From positions 79 through 64,078 of the forward strand of contig JAZUBM010000006.1 of assembly GCA_045638485.1 (NCBI GenBank): a DNA stretch of 64,000 nucleotides. The letters run 5' to 3'. Both the position numbers and the translations under genes were made by a program. Positions 41,268 through 50,829 of the stretch are shown here, in pieces. This DNA is from Lentihominibacter sp. Lineage in GTDB: Bacteria; Bacillota; Clostridia; Peptostreptococcales; Anaerovoracaceae. The notes below the pieces were generated by a model. That model made no database searches. It was not told the DNA's origin and saw only the letters and a program-made list of their open reading frames with translations. Numbering within the stretch: the stretch's first letter is position 1; every line of letters starts with the position of its first letter.

Positions 41268-42736
41268 ACATAACAGTAAACAGAAATGAAAAGATACCTC
41301 TGTACATGCAGATATCAGGACAGATAAAAAGCATGATATTCAGCGGTACTCTCGTTAATGGATGCAGGCTTCCGTCGGAGAGATGTCTTGCGGAAAGTCT
41401 GTCTGTACATAGAAATACTGTCATAAGAGCTTATACCGAACTGAAAGACGAAGGCCTGATTACTTCTTATCAAGGCCAATGCTACTTGGTTAACTATGGA
41501 ACCATGTTTTATGGCATGATCAAGAAGCCCGTAAATTGGGAATCTCTCATTAAAGATGAGTATATCAGTTTTGACAGTGATTTCGATGAATTGTTCAGGA
41601 AAACTTATGAAAGCGATATTATATCTTTTGGTGGCGGATTAGCTGCAAGAGAATTATATCCTAGAGAAGAAGTTGTCTCGGTCTTTGATCGTATGCTTGA
41701 AATGCGAAAAGATAAGGCTTACTTTTACACGCCTTACCAGGGTGATTACGAGCTGAGAAAGGAGATAGTTTCTTTTCTCATGTCTAAAGGAATTATGACC
41801 GGGCCGACTAACATACAGATGTTTACAGAAAATAATCAGGCACTTGACTTTATCATGACTCTCATGCTTATGCCGGGAGATAAAGTTATAGTGCCTGAAA
41901 TACTTTCTCCGGATGTTTACAGAGCTATTCAATTTGCCGGAGGACAACTTATTACAGTTCCGATGGATAGTGATGGCATGATGTGCGACAACATAGAAGC
42001 CTTAATTCAAAAGGAAAAACCAAAGTTTATATACGTTGATTCAAGTTTTAACAATCCTACCGGAGTTGTGCTTTCTCTTGAAAGAAGGAGAAAACTGTTG
42101 GAGATGTCATATAAGTATCGCATCCCTATAATCGAAGAAGACGAAGGCTCTGAACTTTATTACGATGTAAATAGAATACCTGCTATAAAATCAATGGATA
42201 CAGGAAATAATGTTATATATATGTACTCCTTCGCCCTGACTATGATGCCCGGGGCAGGCATGTCATTTGTGATAGCTGATCATAATGTGATTAAGCGAAT
42301 GAGTGAACTGATTTCAATGAAGGTGGTATCCCTGGATTGGGTGCCTCAGATGTTGCTTTTGGAATATATGAGAGAAGGCACTTTATATGATAGGCTTGAA
42401 GGGTTCAGAAACATTTGCAGAGAGAAACGAGACTTGATGTATCGATGGTTTGAAAAAGAAATAGAACCAACAGGTGCAAAGTGCGAAAAGCCGGTAGGCG
42501 GAGTGTATCTTTGGATCAAGTTGCCTGAAGGAATGGATGGAAAGGCTCTTCTTAGAGAAATACAAAAGGAAGGGGTTACCTTTATTCCGGGGTATGTTTT
42601 TTATCCGCAAAAGCATAAGGGGAATAACCGAATAAGGCTTAATTTTTCTTATCCTACAAAGGAAGAAATTGTGGTTGGTATGGAAAAATTGGGAAGAATA
42701 ATTAGATGCACACAACTGAAAATTCAGAAAAAATAA
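41264..42736 (+). CDS. MocR/GabR-type GntR regulator with a degenerate PLP site
   Basis: wHTH PLYMQI..LPSER.LA..L.VHRNTV..AY.EL; aminotransferase-like domain FNNPTG, IIEED and IRLNFS; SFSK is replaced by SFAL. Confidence 0.88.
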   Translation: MNITVNRNEKIPLYMQISGQIKSMIFSGTLVNGCRLPSERCLAESLSVHRNTVIRAYTELKDEGLITSYQGQCYLVNYGTMFYGMIKKPVNWESLIKDEYISFDSDFDELFRKTYESDIISFGGGLAARELYPREEVVSVFDRMLEMRKDKAYFYTPYQGDYELRKEIVSFLMSKGIMTGPTNIQMFTENNQALDFIMTLMLMPGDKVIVPEILSPDVYRAIQFAGGQLITVPMDSDGMMCDNIEALIQKEKPKFIYVDSSFNNPTGVVLSLERRRKLLEMSYKYRIPIIEEDEGSELYYDVNRIPAIKSMDTGNNVIYMYSFALTMMPGAGMSFVIADHNVIKRMSELISMKVVSLDWVPQMLLLEYMREGTLYDRLEGFRNICREKRDLMYRWFEKEIEPTGAKCEKPVGGVYLWIKLPEGMDGKALLREIQKEGVTFIPGYVFYPQKHKGNNRIRLNFSYPTKEEIVVGMEKLGRIIRCTQLKIQKK

Positions 42737-42770
42737 AGGGGAACATACTTGAAATATTGGGAATACTAAT

Positions 42771-42801
42771 CTGGTACAGTAAAAATCATAACTACTGGTA
42801 C
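42771..42801 (+). promoter_or_regulatory. CTGGTAC direct repeat, candidate MocR operator for the arc operon
   Basis: CTGGTAC at 42771 and 42795 (24-bp period), upstream of a weak -35. Confidence 0.4.
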
Positions 42802-42892
42802 TTTTGGGTAGAATAGTATTATAGTATCATTTATCTATAAGGGCGATATAGACATTGGCAATATGTAGGTAATTGTAAAGGAGATTAAGAAT

Positions 42893-43888
42893 ATGGCAGT
42901 AAATTTAAAAGGAAAAAGTTTTTTAACTTTGATGGATTTTACGCCGGAACAGATTAGATATATGCTGGATCTGGCAAAAGACTTGAAGGACAAGAAAAGA
43001 TCGGGAATAAGAAATGATCTTTTGAGAGGAAAGAATATTTGTCTTCTTTTTGAAAAGACATCAACGAGAACAAGATGTGCTTTTGAAGTGGCATGTCATG
43101 ATGAAGGAGCTCATGTAACATATCTTGATTCAAAAAGTTCTCAGATGGGAAAGAAAGAATCGCTGGAAGATACAGCAAAGGTTCTTGGCAGATTCTTTGA
43201 TGGTATTGAATACAGAGGATATGACCAAAAGGTTGTTGAAGATTTGGCTAAGCATTCTGGAGTTTGTGTATGGAACGGCTTAACTGACGTAGATCATCCA
43301 ACTCAGATTCTTGCTGACATGTTAACAATTGAAGAACACATTGCGAAGCCTCTCAACAAAGTAAAGGTAGTATTCGTTGGAGATGTTAGAAACAATATGT
43401 CTTATGCGTGGATGTACGGATGCGCTAAGATGGGAATGACTTTTGTAGCATATGGTCCTCAAGAACTTTGCGAGCAAGTTGATGAGGATGTAATGAGAAG
43501 AGTAAAGGAAGTTGCTGATTATACCGGTGCTACTATTGAAGTAAGATCTGATGCGGCTTGTCTTGAAGGTGCGGATGTAATTTATACAGATATTTGGGCA
43601 TCCATGGGAGAAGAAGACCAGATTCCTGAAAGAGTTAAGCTGTTGACTCCATATAGAGTAGACATGGATATGATGAAAGCGACTAAAAACGAAGATGTGA
43701 TATTCATGCATTGCCTGCCGTCATTCCATGATTTTGAAACTACAATGGCATCAACCCAGAGAGACTTGGGATACGATATCAGAGAAGTAACAGATGATGT
43801 ATTTAGAAGCAGATATTCAAAAGTATTTGATGAAGCAGAAAATAGATTACACACAATCAAAGCAGTAATAGTAGCAACATTAGCATAA
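42893..43888 (+). CDS. argF: Ornithine carbamoyltransferase, copy 1 (catabolic context)
   Basis: [21 protein letters not shown] and MHCLPSFH. Confidence 0.95.
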   Translation: MAVNLKGKSFLTLMDFTPEQIRYMLDLAKDLKDKKRSGIRNDLLRGKNICLLFEKTSTRTRCAFEVACHDEGAHVTYLDSKSSQMGKKESLEDTAKVLGRFFDGIEYRGYDQKVVEDLAKHSGVCVWNGLTDVDHPTQILADMLTIEEHIAKPLNKVKVVFVGDVRNNMSYAWMYGCAKMGMTFVAYGPQELCEQVDEDVMRRVKEVADYTGATIEVRSDAACLEGADVIYTDIWASMGEEDQIPERVKLLTPYRVDMDMMKATKNEDVIFMHCLPSFHDFETTMASTQRDLGYDIREVTDDVFRSRYSKVFDEAENRLHTIKAVIVATLA

Positions 43889-43928
43889 TAAGGGATATTG
43901 TATCTGAGAAATAGAAAGGAGGGTTATT

Positions 43929-45146
43929 ATGAAACCCGGAATCAACAATTACTCAGAGATAGGTAAGCTTAACAAAGTGCTGCTCCATAGAATTGGAGAT
44001 GAAATCGAAGGTTTAGTGCCCGATAACTTTGAAAGACTACTCTTCGACGACATCCCTTATTTAAAGGCGGCTCAACAGGAACACGATAAGTTTGCAGATC
44101 TGTTGAGAGAAAATGATGTTGAAGTTATTTATTACGAAGAAGAAACTGCGAAAGCTCTTAAAGACGATAAGGTCAGAGAAGAGTTTGTAAAAAAATTCGT
44201 TGCAGACAGTGATATATATTCCGAAGCGGTTAAAGAGGGCCTTGAGGAATACCTAATGTCAATGACACCTAGGGAAATGGTGAAAAAGGCAATATCCGGC
44301 GTTAAGAAAAAAGATGTAATCATCAAGTCAAATTCTTTGGCAGATTATATAGATGCAGGTTATCCTTATCACACCGACCCTTTGCCGAATCTATATTTTA
44401 CAAGGGACCCGGGAGCATGTATAGGTAATGGTGTAAGCATACACCATATGAGTACAGAAGCAAGAAGAAGAGAATCGCTTTTGCTTGAGTATATGTATAA
44501 ATATAATAGGGATTTTGCACCTGAGGGAACACCTGAGTGGTATGACTACGACCATGAGTTTTCCGTAGAAGGCGGAGATTTCCTAGTACTGAATAAAGAA
44601 ATAGTGGCCATTGGCCTTTCACAAAGAACTACTGTTGTGGGTATCGAAAGATTTGCAAAAAACATACTCAACAAATCCTCATTCAAGAAGATTTTGGTTT
44701 TCGACATTCCTAAGAGAAGAGCTTTTATGCATCTTGATACAGTATTTACTATGGTGGATTATGATAAGTTCACAATTCACCCTGAAATTGAAGGTCCTCT
44801 GCAACTTTATGAAATCACACTGGATAAAAGTGGAGAAACTCGTTTTTCCAGCATTCAAGATGAGTTGTCAGGCATTTTGAAAATGGAGCTTAAATTACCT
44901 GCTGTAGATTTAATCAGATGTGGCGGTAATGATACTCAGGCGGCACAGAGAGAACAGTGGAATGACGGTTCCAATACTCTTGCAATAGCACCCGGAGTTG
45001 TGGTAACATACGAAAGGAATTATGTTACTAATGATCTACTGGATAAAAAGGGCGTAAAAGTTCTTACCATACCTAGTTCCGAACTTTCCAGAGGAAGAGG
45101 CGGTCCTAGATGTATGAGTTGTCCTGTAAACAGAGATGATCTTTAA
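43929..45146 (+). CDS. arcA: Arginine deiminase
   Basis: SEIGKL..VLLHR, LLFDDIP, PNLYFTRD, EGGD, MHLDTV and LSRGRGGPRCMS. Confidence 0.97.
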   Translation: MKPGINNYSEIGKLNKVLLHRIGDEIEGLVPDNFERLLFDDIPYLKAAQQEHDKFADLLRENDVEVIYYEEETAKALKDDKVREEFVKKFVADSDIYSEAVKEGLEEYLMSMTPREMVKKAISGVKKKDVIIKSNSLADYIDAGYPYHTDPLPNLYFTRDPGACIGNGVSIHHMSTEARRRESLLLEYMYKYNRDFAPEGTPEWYDYDHEFSVEGGDFLVLNKEIVAIGLSQRTTVVGIERFAKNILNKSSFKKILVFDIPKRRAFMHLDTVFTMVDYDKFTIHPEIEGPLQLYEITLDKSGETRFSSIQDELSGILKMELKLPAVDLIRCGGNDTQAAQREQWNDGSNTLAIAPGVVVTYERNYVTNDLLDKKGVKVLTIPSSELSRGRGGPRCMSCPVNRDDL

Positions 45147-45188
45147 GCATGCGACAAAATTAAAAATTATATCGAGGAGATGATAAAC

Positions 45189-46136
45189 ATGAGCACGGAA
45201 AAAATTGTTATTGCATTGGGAGGCAATGCTCTTCAGTCAGGAAACGGTCCTGCTACAGCTGAAGCGCAGTTAGAAGTCGTTAAGAACACATGTGAACATA
45301 TTGCAAAAATCAGCGATATGGGATATGAAATCGGTGTTGTTCACGGCAATGGACCTCAGGTTGGAAGAATCGTACTGGCGTCAGAAACAGCAAAGGACGT
45401 AACTCCTCCAATGCCTTTTGACGTGTGTGGCGCAATGTCTCAAGGATATATTGGATATCATATACAGCAGTGCTTGAAGTATGCACTGAAGGAAAAGGGT
45501 AAGGATATGCCTGTAGTTACATTGGCAACTCAGGTAGTTGTTGATGCTGAAGATCCTGCTTTCCAGAAACCTACTAAGCCTATCGGTCCTTTCTATACTG
45601 AAGAAGAGGCTAAGGCGCTTGAGGCTGAAAAAGGTTATTCAATGAAAGAAGATGCAGGAAGAGGATACAGAAGAGTTGTAGCTTCACCAATCCCTAAAAA
45701 AATCGTGGAAATAGATGCAGTCAAGCAGCTTTGGGATAACTGCGTAGTAATTACTTGCGGAGGCGGCGGCATTCCGGTTGTAGAAAAAGAAGACGGAAGA
45801 CTTGAAGGTGTTGCTGCTGTTATCGACAAGGACTTCGCTGCAGAACTTCTGGCAGAACAGGTTGATGCAGACGTTCTCATGATTCTTACAGAAGTTGAGA
45901 AAGTTGCCATTAACTTCAATAAGCCTGATCAGAAAGAATTGAGTAGCATGACCTATGATGAAGCCGTTCAGTATAGAGAAGAAGGACACTTCCCTGCAGG
46001 AAGCATGCTTCCTAAGGTAGAGGCCGCAATGAAGTTTGTTGAAGCTTATCCTGAAAAGAAAGCAATCATTACTTCACTGGACAAAGCACTGGATGCTCTT
46101 GAAGGAAAGACAGGAACTGTAATAACTTTTAAATAA
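45189..46136 (+). CDS. arcC: Carbamate kinase
   Basis: VIALGGNAL, HGNGPQVG, GGGGIPV, AVIDKD and GSMLPKV. Confidence 0.97.
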   Translation: MSTEKIVIALGGNALQSGNGPATAEAQLEVVKNTCEHIAKISDMGYEIGVVHGNGPQVGRIVLASETAKDVTPPMPFDVCGAMSQGYIGYHIQQCLKYALKEKGKDMPVVTLATQVVVDAEDPAFQKPTKPIGPFYTEEEAKALEAEKGYSMKEDAGRGYRRVVASPIPKKIVEIDAVKQLWDNCVVITCGGGGIPVVEKEDGRLEGVAAVIDKDFAAELLAEQVDADVLMILTEVEKVAINFNKPDQKELSSMTYDEAVQYREEGHFPAGSMLPKVEAAMKFVEAYPEKKAIITSLDKALDALEGKTGTVITFK

Positions 46137-46155
46137 TAAAAAAGCTTTGATCAAT

Positions 46156-46187
46156 AAAGGCTTCGAGTAAATTCGAGGCCTTTTTTA
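46156..46187 (+). terminator. Intrinsic terminator after arcC
   Basis: AAAGGCTTCGA-gtaaa-TTCGAGGCCTTT plus T-tract. Confidence 0.75.
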
Positions 46188-46192
46188 TTGGT

Positions 46193-46360
46193 TTATGCAT
46201 AAAAAGATGAATATATTCACAAAATTATGCATAATAACCAAAAAAATGTATAAATATTTACAAAAACTGTTGAAATATACATAATAATGTATTATTATAA
46301 TAAAAAATAGTGGTTTAAACACATATTATGCATCTTGAAGTGAATATTCATTAATGCATT
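46193..46360 (+). promoter_or_regulatory. Promoter/operator region of the second OTC gene with palindromic ArgR/ArcR-like sites
   Basis: TTATGCATAA-5-TGAATATATTCA-5-TTATGCATAA; second array TTATGCAT..TGAATATTCA..ATGCAT; TTGAAA-17-TATTAT. Confidence 0.5.
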
Positions 46361-46394
46361 ATAATAAATAATTCAAGACGGGAGAACGATAGAC

Positions 46395-47390
46395 ATGGCA
46401 GTAAATTTAAAAGGAAGAAGCTTTTTAACTCTTATGGATTTTTCACCTGAAGAAATCAGATATTTACTTGATCTTTCTTGGGACCTTAAAGCAAAGAAAA
46501 GAGAAGGTATAAGAAACGAGCTTCTTAAAGGTAAAAACATTTGTCTTTTATTTGAAAAAACATCAACAAGAACAAGATGTGCATTCGAAGTGGCATGCCA
46601 CGATGAAGGTGCACACGTTACATATCTTGATTCAAAGAGCTCACAGATGGGTAAGAAAGAATCATTGGAAGACACAGCGAAAGTCCTTGGAAGATTTTAT
46701 GATGGCATTGAATACAGAGGATATGACCAGAAGGTTGTCGAAGATTTGGCGAAGTATTCAGGCGTATGTGTATGGAATGGGCTTACTGATGTGGATCACC
46801 CAACACAGATTCTCGCAGATATGCTGACTATCGAAGAACACGTAGCTAAACCTCTTAAGAAAGTAAAAGTTGTTTTTGTTGGAGATGTAAGAAACAACAT
46901 GTCATATGCTTGGATGTATGGTTGCGCCAAAATGGGTATGAGCTTCGTAGCATATGGACCTCAGGAACTGATAGATGGCATCGATAAAGATGTAATCGCA
47001 AAGGTGCAGGAAGTTGCTGAATATACAGGCGCTTCAATAGAATTCTGTTCAGAACCATCCTGTCTGGAAGGTGCAGATGTGATTTATACTGATATTTGGG
47101 CTTCAATGGGTGAAGAAGATCAGATTCCTGAAAGAGTAAAAATGCTGACTCCGTACAGAGTTGATATGGATATGCTTAAGGCTACAGGTAATGAAGATGT
47201 TATCTTCATGCATTGCCTGCCATCATTCCATGATTTAGAGACTACAATGGCTAAGTCACAGATGGAACTTGGCTACGATATTCGCGAAGTTACTGAAGAA
47301 GTTTTCAGAAGCAGATTCTCAAAAGTATTTGATGAAGCAGAAAACAGACTCCACACAATTAAGGCGGTAATGGTAGCAACATTAGCATAA
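46395..47390 (+). CDS. argF: Ornithine carbamoyltransferase, copy 2
   Basis: Same motifs as copy 1; collinear 331-aa paralog. Confidence 0.95.
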   Translation: MAVNLKGRSFLTLMDFSPEEIRYLLDLSWDLKAKKREGIRNELLKGKNICLLFEKTSTRTRCAFEVACHDEGAHVTYLDSKSSQMGKKESLEDTAKVLGRFYDGIEYRGYDQKVVEDLAKYSGVCVWNGLTDVDHPTQILADMLTIEEHVAKPLKKVKVVFVGDVRNNMSYAWMYGCAKMGMSFVAYGPQELIDGIDKDVIAKVQEVAEYTGASIEFCSEPSCLEGADVIYTDIWASMGEEDQIPERVKMLTPYRVDMDMLKATGNEDVIFMHCLPSFHDLETTMAKSQMELGYDIREVTEEVFRSRFSKVFDEAENRLHTIKAVMVATLA

Positions 47391-47510
47391 CTTAATAATA
47401 ATATTTCTTGCAATAAAACGCATTAGGTGATATTATCAACCAAAATGCGTTTTTTTGTATGCATTTGCACATATTAGTATTGACATCTATATTTAGAAAG
47501 AGTATTAGTT

Positions 47511-48128
47511 ATGGAAATTGAACTTAAATACAGTATTCCTACAATGGAAATTGCAGAAGAAATTTGGAAGGATAAACTCTTTTTTCATCTTGAAGAAGAT
47601 GACTCAAGAGAAGAACTTTGCTTTGATGCAAAGTACTATGACACGCCGGACTGGGCGCTTTCCAAAGAAGAAATGGCATACAGAGTAAGAAAAGAAGGCG
47701 ATAGCTGGGTGGCTTCCATGAAGTGGAAAGGGCACGCGGAAGGCGCTCTTCATGTTCGAGAAGAAATAAACGTTCATGTAAATGATGATCGTGCAAACCC
47801 TGAAGTTTTTCATCAAAGCAAAATAGGAGATCATCTGCAGGAAGTAATCGGAGATAAGCCTCTTGAATGTATTCTTCAGACCAGATATCACAGAAGAAGA
47901 TTCAGAATTGATACGGGGGATGGATTATACGAGCTTTCACTTGATGATGGATGGATTATAACTCCATACGGACAGGATAAAATCTTAGAAGTAGAACTGG
48001 AACTTTTCTCGGGAGAAACTGAAGAGTTGGAAAAGCTGGGTGCATCAATGTGCGAAAAGTACGGACTTGAAAAAGAAGAGCGCAGCAAGTATGCTCGAGG
48101 AATAGAAATTATAGAAAAAAATAGATAA
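47511..48128 (+). CDS. CYTH-domain protein (triphosphate tunnel metalloenzyme)
   Basis: MEIELKY, YYDT.D..L, YRVRKEG..W..SMK, ELELF and SKYARG. Confidence 0.9.
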   Translation: MEIELKYSIPTMEIAEEIWKDKLFFHLEEDDSREELCFDAKYYDTPDWALSKEEMAYRVRKEGDSWVASMKWKGHAEGALHVREEINVHVNDDRANPEVFHQSKIGDHLQEVIGDKPLECILQTRYHRRRFRIDTGDGLYELSLDDGWIITPYGQDKILEVELELFSGETEELEKLGASMCEKYGLEKEERSKYARGIEIIEKNR

Positions 48129-48193
48129 ATTGCTTATTAAAATACAAAGAGCACTTAATTGTCATAAAGTGCTCTTTTTATTTTTTAAAAATA

Positions 48194-48772
48194 TTATTTC
48201 TTACGAGTTATTAAGAGTATTTCAGGTGGATTGTTTTGCTGATTTATAAAATTTATATATGCAGTATGATAAATTCTTGAATCCAAATCTTCACCTAGTT
48301 TCAACAACATTTCTTTTTCTCTTTTTCCCTCGTCATGTCCACTGTACATGGTTATGCAGAGAATCCCATCTACAGCTAAAAGGTCAAGAGCTGCATTAAT
48401 AGCAACAGCAGTTTCGGAAAGTTGAGTCACTATTGATTTATCTCCTCCCGGAAGATATCCGAGGTTGAACATAATAACATTTACCTTGTCACTAATATAT
48501 TGATGCATGTTGCTGTGAGAATCGCATATGATAGATATTGTGCCATTTTTAATGTGAGATTCAAAGCCTTCTTTGGAAAGAAGTGCCTGTGTAGCATTAA
48601 CAGCGTTTTGCTGAATATCAAAACCATAAAGTTTTGATGGTTTGGTCTTAGCCAATGTTAAAGTATCATGGCCGTTTCCGCATGTAGCATCGATGATGAT
48701 ACTGCCTTCGAAAGCATATTGGGAGGCCAATAATATGGCTAAATCAGTTGTTTTTCGTATAATATTTGCCAT
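48194..48772 (-). CDS. mnmM: Class I SAM methyltransferase of the YtqB/MnmM type
   Basis: IDATCGNGHDT, GFDIQ, FNLGYLPGGDK and YSGHDEG..E. Confidence 0.78.
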   Translation of the reverse strand: MANIIRKTTDLAILLASQYAFEGSIIIDATCGNGHDTLTLAKTKPSKLYGFDIQQNAVNATQALLSKEGFESHIKNGTISIICDSHSNMHQYISDKVNVIMFNLGYLPGGDKSIVTQLSETAVAINAALDLLAVDGILCITMYSGHDEGKREKEMLLKLGEDLDSRIYHTAYINFINQQNNPPEILLITRKK

Positions 48773-48918
48773 AATTCACACTATCCTTTAATGTCGATTT
48801 TTTTTGATTATCCAATTCTGTACATAATTTGTCAATAATTTTCTTTTTCCTTTACTTTTGAGCGTGTTAGAGGTATAATAATATGCACTATGTGTTTATA
48901 ATCGAGGAGGATATATAT

Positions 48919-50202
48919 ATGAAAGCAACATTAATTTCAAAGGAAAACAACGAAGCAAAATTCACTATGGAATTTACTGCAGAAGAATTTGAAAATGCTG
49001 TTGTAAGCGTTTACAAAGTTCAGAAGGATAAATTCAATATCGACGGCTTCAGAAAAGGTAAGGCACCAAGAAGTATCATTGAAAAGCAGTACGGCGAAGG
49101 CATCTTCTTTGAAGACGCTATCAACAACCTGTTCTCACTGCATTACCCACTGGCACTGGATGAACTGGATCTGGACGTAATCGATCACCCAAGATCAGAA
49201 TTCAGCCCTGTTAAGAAGGGTGAAGGTTTCACAGTAACTATCACAGTTGCAGTTTACCCTGAATTCGAAGTAAAAGATTACACAGGCGTTGAAATCGAAA
49301 CAGTAACTCACGAAGTTACAGATGAAGACGTAGAAAACGAACTGAAGTCAAGAGCTAGAAGAAACTCAAGAATGGTAGCTGTAGAAAGACCTGCTCAGGA
49401 AGGTGACACAGTTCTGATCGATTACGAAGGATGGTCAGAAGGCGTTCAGTTCCCTGGCGGTACTGCAGAAAGACAGCCTCTGAAGCTGGGATCAGGCACA
49501 TTCATTCCTGGATTTGAAGAACAGCTTGTAGGCGTTAGCGTTGGAGAAAGCAAGGACGTAGTTGTTACTTTCCCTGAAGAATATCATTCAGAAGATCTGG
49601 CTGGTAAGGATGCTACATTCAAGTGCAAGGTTCACGAAATCAAAGAAGAACAGATTCCTGAAATCGATGATGAATTCGTTAAGGATATCAGTGAATTCGA
49701 TACTATCGATGAACTGAAGGCTGACATCAGAGTAAACCTGGAAAAGGCTGCTGCTGACAGAGCTGAAACTGAAATGAAAAACAGCGTTCTCGAAAAGGTT
49801 TACAATGCTAACGATATCGAAATTCCTGATGTAATGGTTGAAAGCGAAATCGACAACATGATCGCTGAATTCGACCAGCAGCTGAGAGCTCAGGGAATGG
49901 ATATTAACCTGTACTTCCAGTACATCGGTAAGGATGCTGCTTCATTCAGAGACGAAGTAAGAGAAGACGCTTACAAGAAGACTAAGACTAGAATGCTCGT
50001 AACAGCTGTAGCTGAAAAGGAAGCTTTCGAAGCTACTGAAGAAGATATCGAAGCTGAAATCGCTAAGATGGCTCAGGCATATGGTCTGGAAGCAGATAAA
50101 ATCAAGGAAATGCTTGGTGCGCAGAACATCGCTATGATCGCAGGCGACATCAAGGTTAGAAAAGCTGTTGAATTCATGTATGATAAGGCAGTTAAAAAAT
50201 AA
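48919..50202 (+). CDS. tig: Trigger factor
   Basis: DGFRKGKAP; FKBP domain IDYEG..F.GG..LGSGTFIPGFEEQL. Confidence 0.97.
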   Translation: MKATLISKENNEAKFTMEFTAEEFENAVVSVYKVQKDKFNIDGFRKGKAPRSIIEKQYGEGIFFEDAINNLFSLHYPLALDELDLDVIDHPRSEFSPVKKGEGFTVTITVAVYPEFEVKDYTGVEIETVTHEVTDEDVENELKSRARRNSRMVAVERPAQEGDTVLIDYEGWSEGVQFPGGTAERQPLKLGSGTFIPGFEEQLVGVSVGESKDVVVTFPEEYHSEDLAGKDATFKCKVHEIKEEQIPEIDDEFVKDISEFDTIDELKADIRVNLEKAAADRAETEMKNSVLEKVYNANDIEIPDVMVESEIDNMIAEFDQQLRAQGMDINLYFQYIGKDAASFRDEVREDAYKKTKTRMLVTAVAEKEAFEATEEDIEAEIAKMAQAYGLEADKIKEMLGAQNIAMIAGDIKVRKAVEFMYDKAVKK

Positions 50203-50233
50203 GTTAAACAACCAATAAAAGGAGGTCCGGATC

Positions 50234-50815
50234 ATGGCAATGATACCTTATGTGATCGAACAGACAAGTAGAGGAGAAAGATCCTACGATATTTATTCAA
50301 GACTTTTAAAAGACAGAATAATTTTTATCGGTGAGGCTATTGATGAACATATAGCCAGCCTTGTTGTTGCGCAGCTTCTTTTCCTGGAAGCGGAAGATCC
50401 GGATAAAGACATAAGCATATACATTAATAGCCCCGGCGGTTCAGTAACCGCCGGAATGGCTATTTATGACACCATGCAGTACATCAAGCCGGAAGTTTCA
50501 ACAATCTGTGTTGGAATGGCTGCAAGCATGGGTGCTTTCTTGCTGGCAGCAGGCCAGAAGGGTAAGCGTTATGCGCTTCCAAATGCAGAAATTATGATTC
50601 ATCAGCCACTGGGTGGAGTTTCAGGTCAGGCTGAAGATATTAAAATCCATGCAGAATGGATTTTGAGAACAAGGGAAAAGCTCAATAGAATCTTAAGTGA
50701 GAATACTGGGCAGCCTTTAGATATTATCGCCAAGGATACTGACAGAGATAACTTCATGTCAGCAGAAGAGGCTATGGGATACGGCCTTGTTGATAAGGTG
50801 ATAAAAGATAGATAG
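50234..50815 (+). CDS. clpP: ATP-dependent Clp protease proteolytic subunit
   Basis: [25 protein letters not shown] and DRD. Confidence 0.98.
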   Translation: MAMIPYVIEQTSRGERSYDIYSRLLKDRIIFIGEAIDEHIASLVVAQLLFLEAEDPDKDISIYINSPGGSVTAGMAIYDTMQYIKPEVSTICVGMAASMGAFLLAAGQKGKRYALPNAEIMIHQPLGGVSGQAEDIKIHAEWILRTREKLNRILSENTGQPLDIIAKDTDRDNFMSAEEAMGYGLVDKVIKDR

Positions 50816-50829
50816 GCGGGGGTATATAT

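Noticed and set aside
42893-47390. One OTC copy might be a putrescine carbamoyltransferase
   Set aside because: Both copies have the OTC-type SMG loop (TDIWASMG), and the neighbour is arginine deiminase rather than agmatine deiminase.
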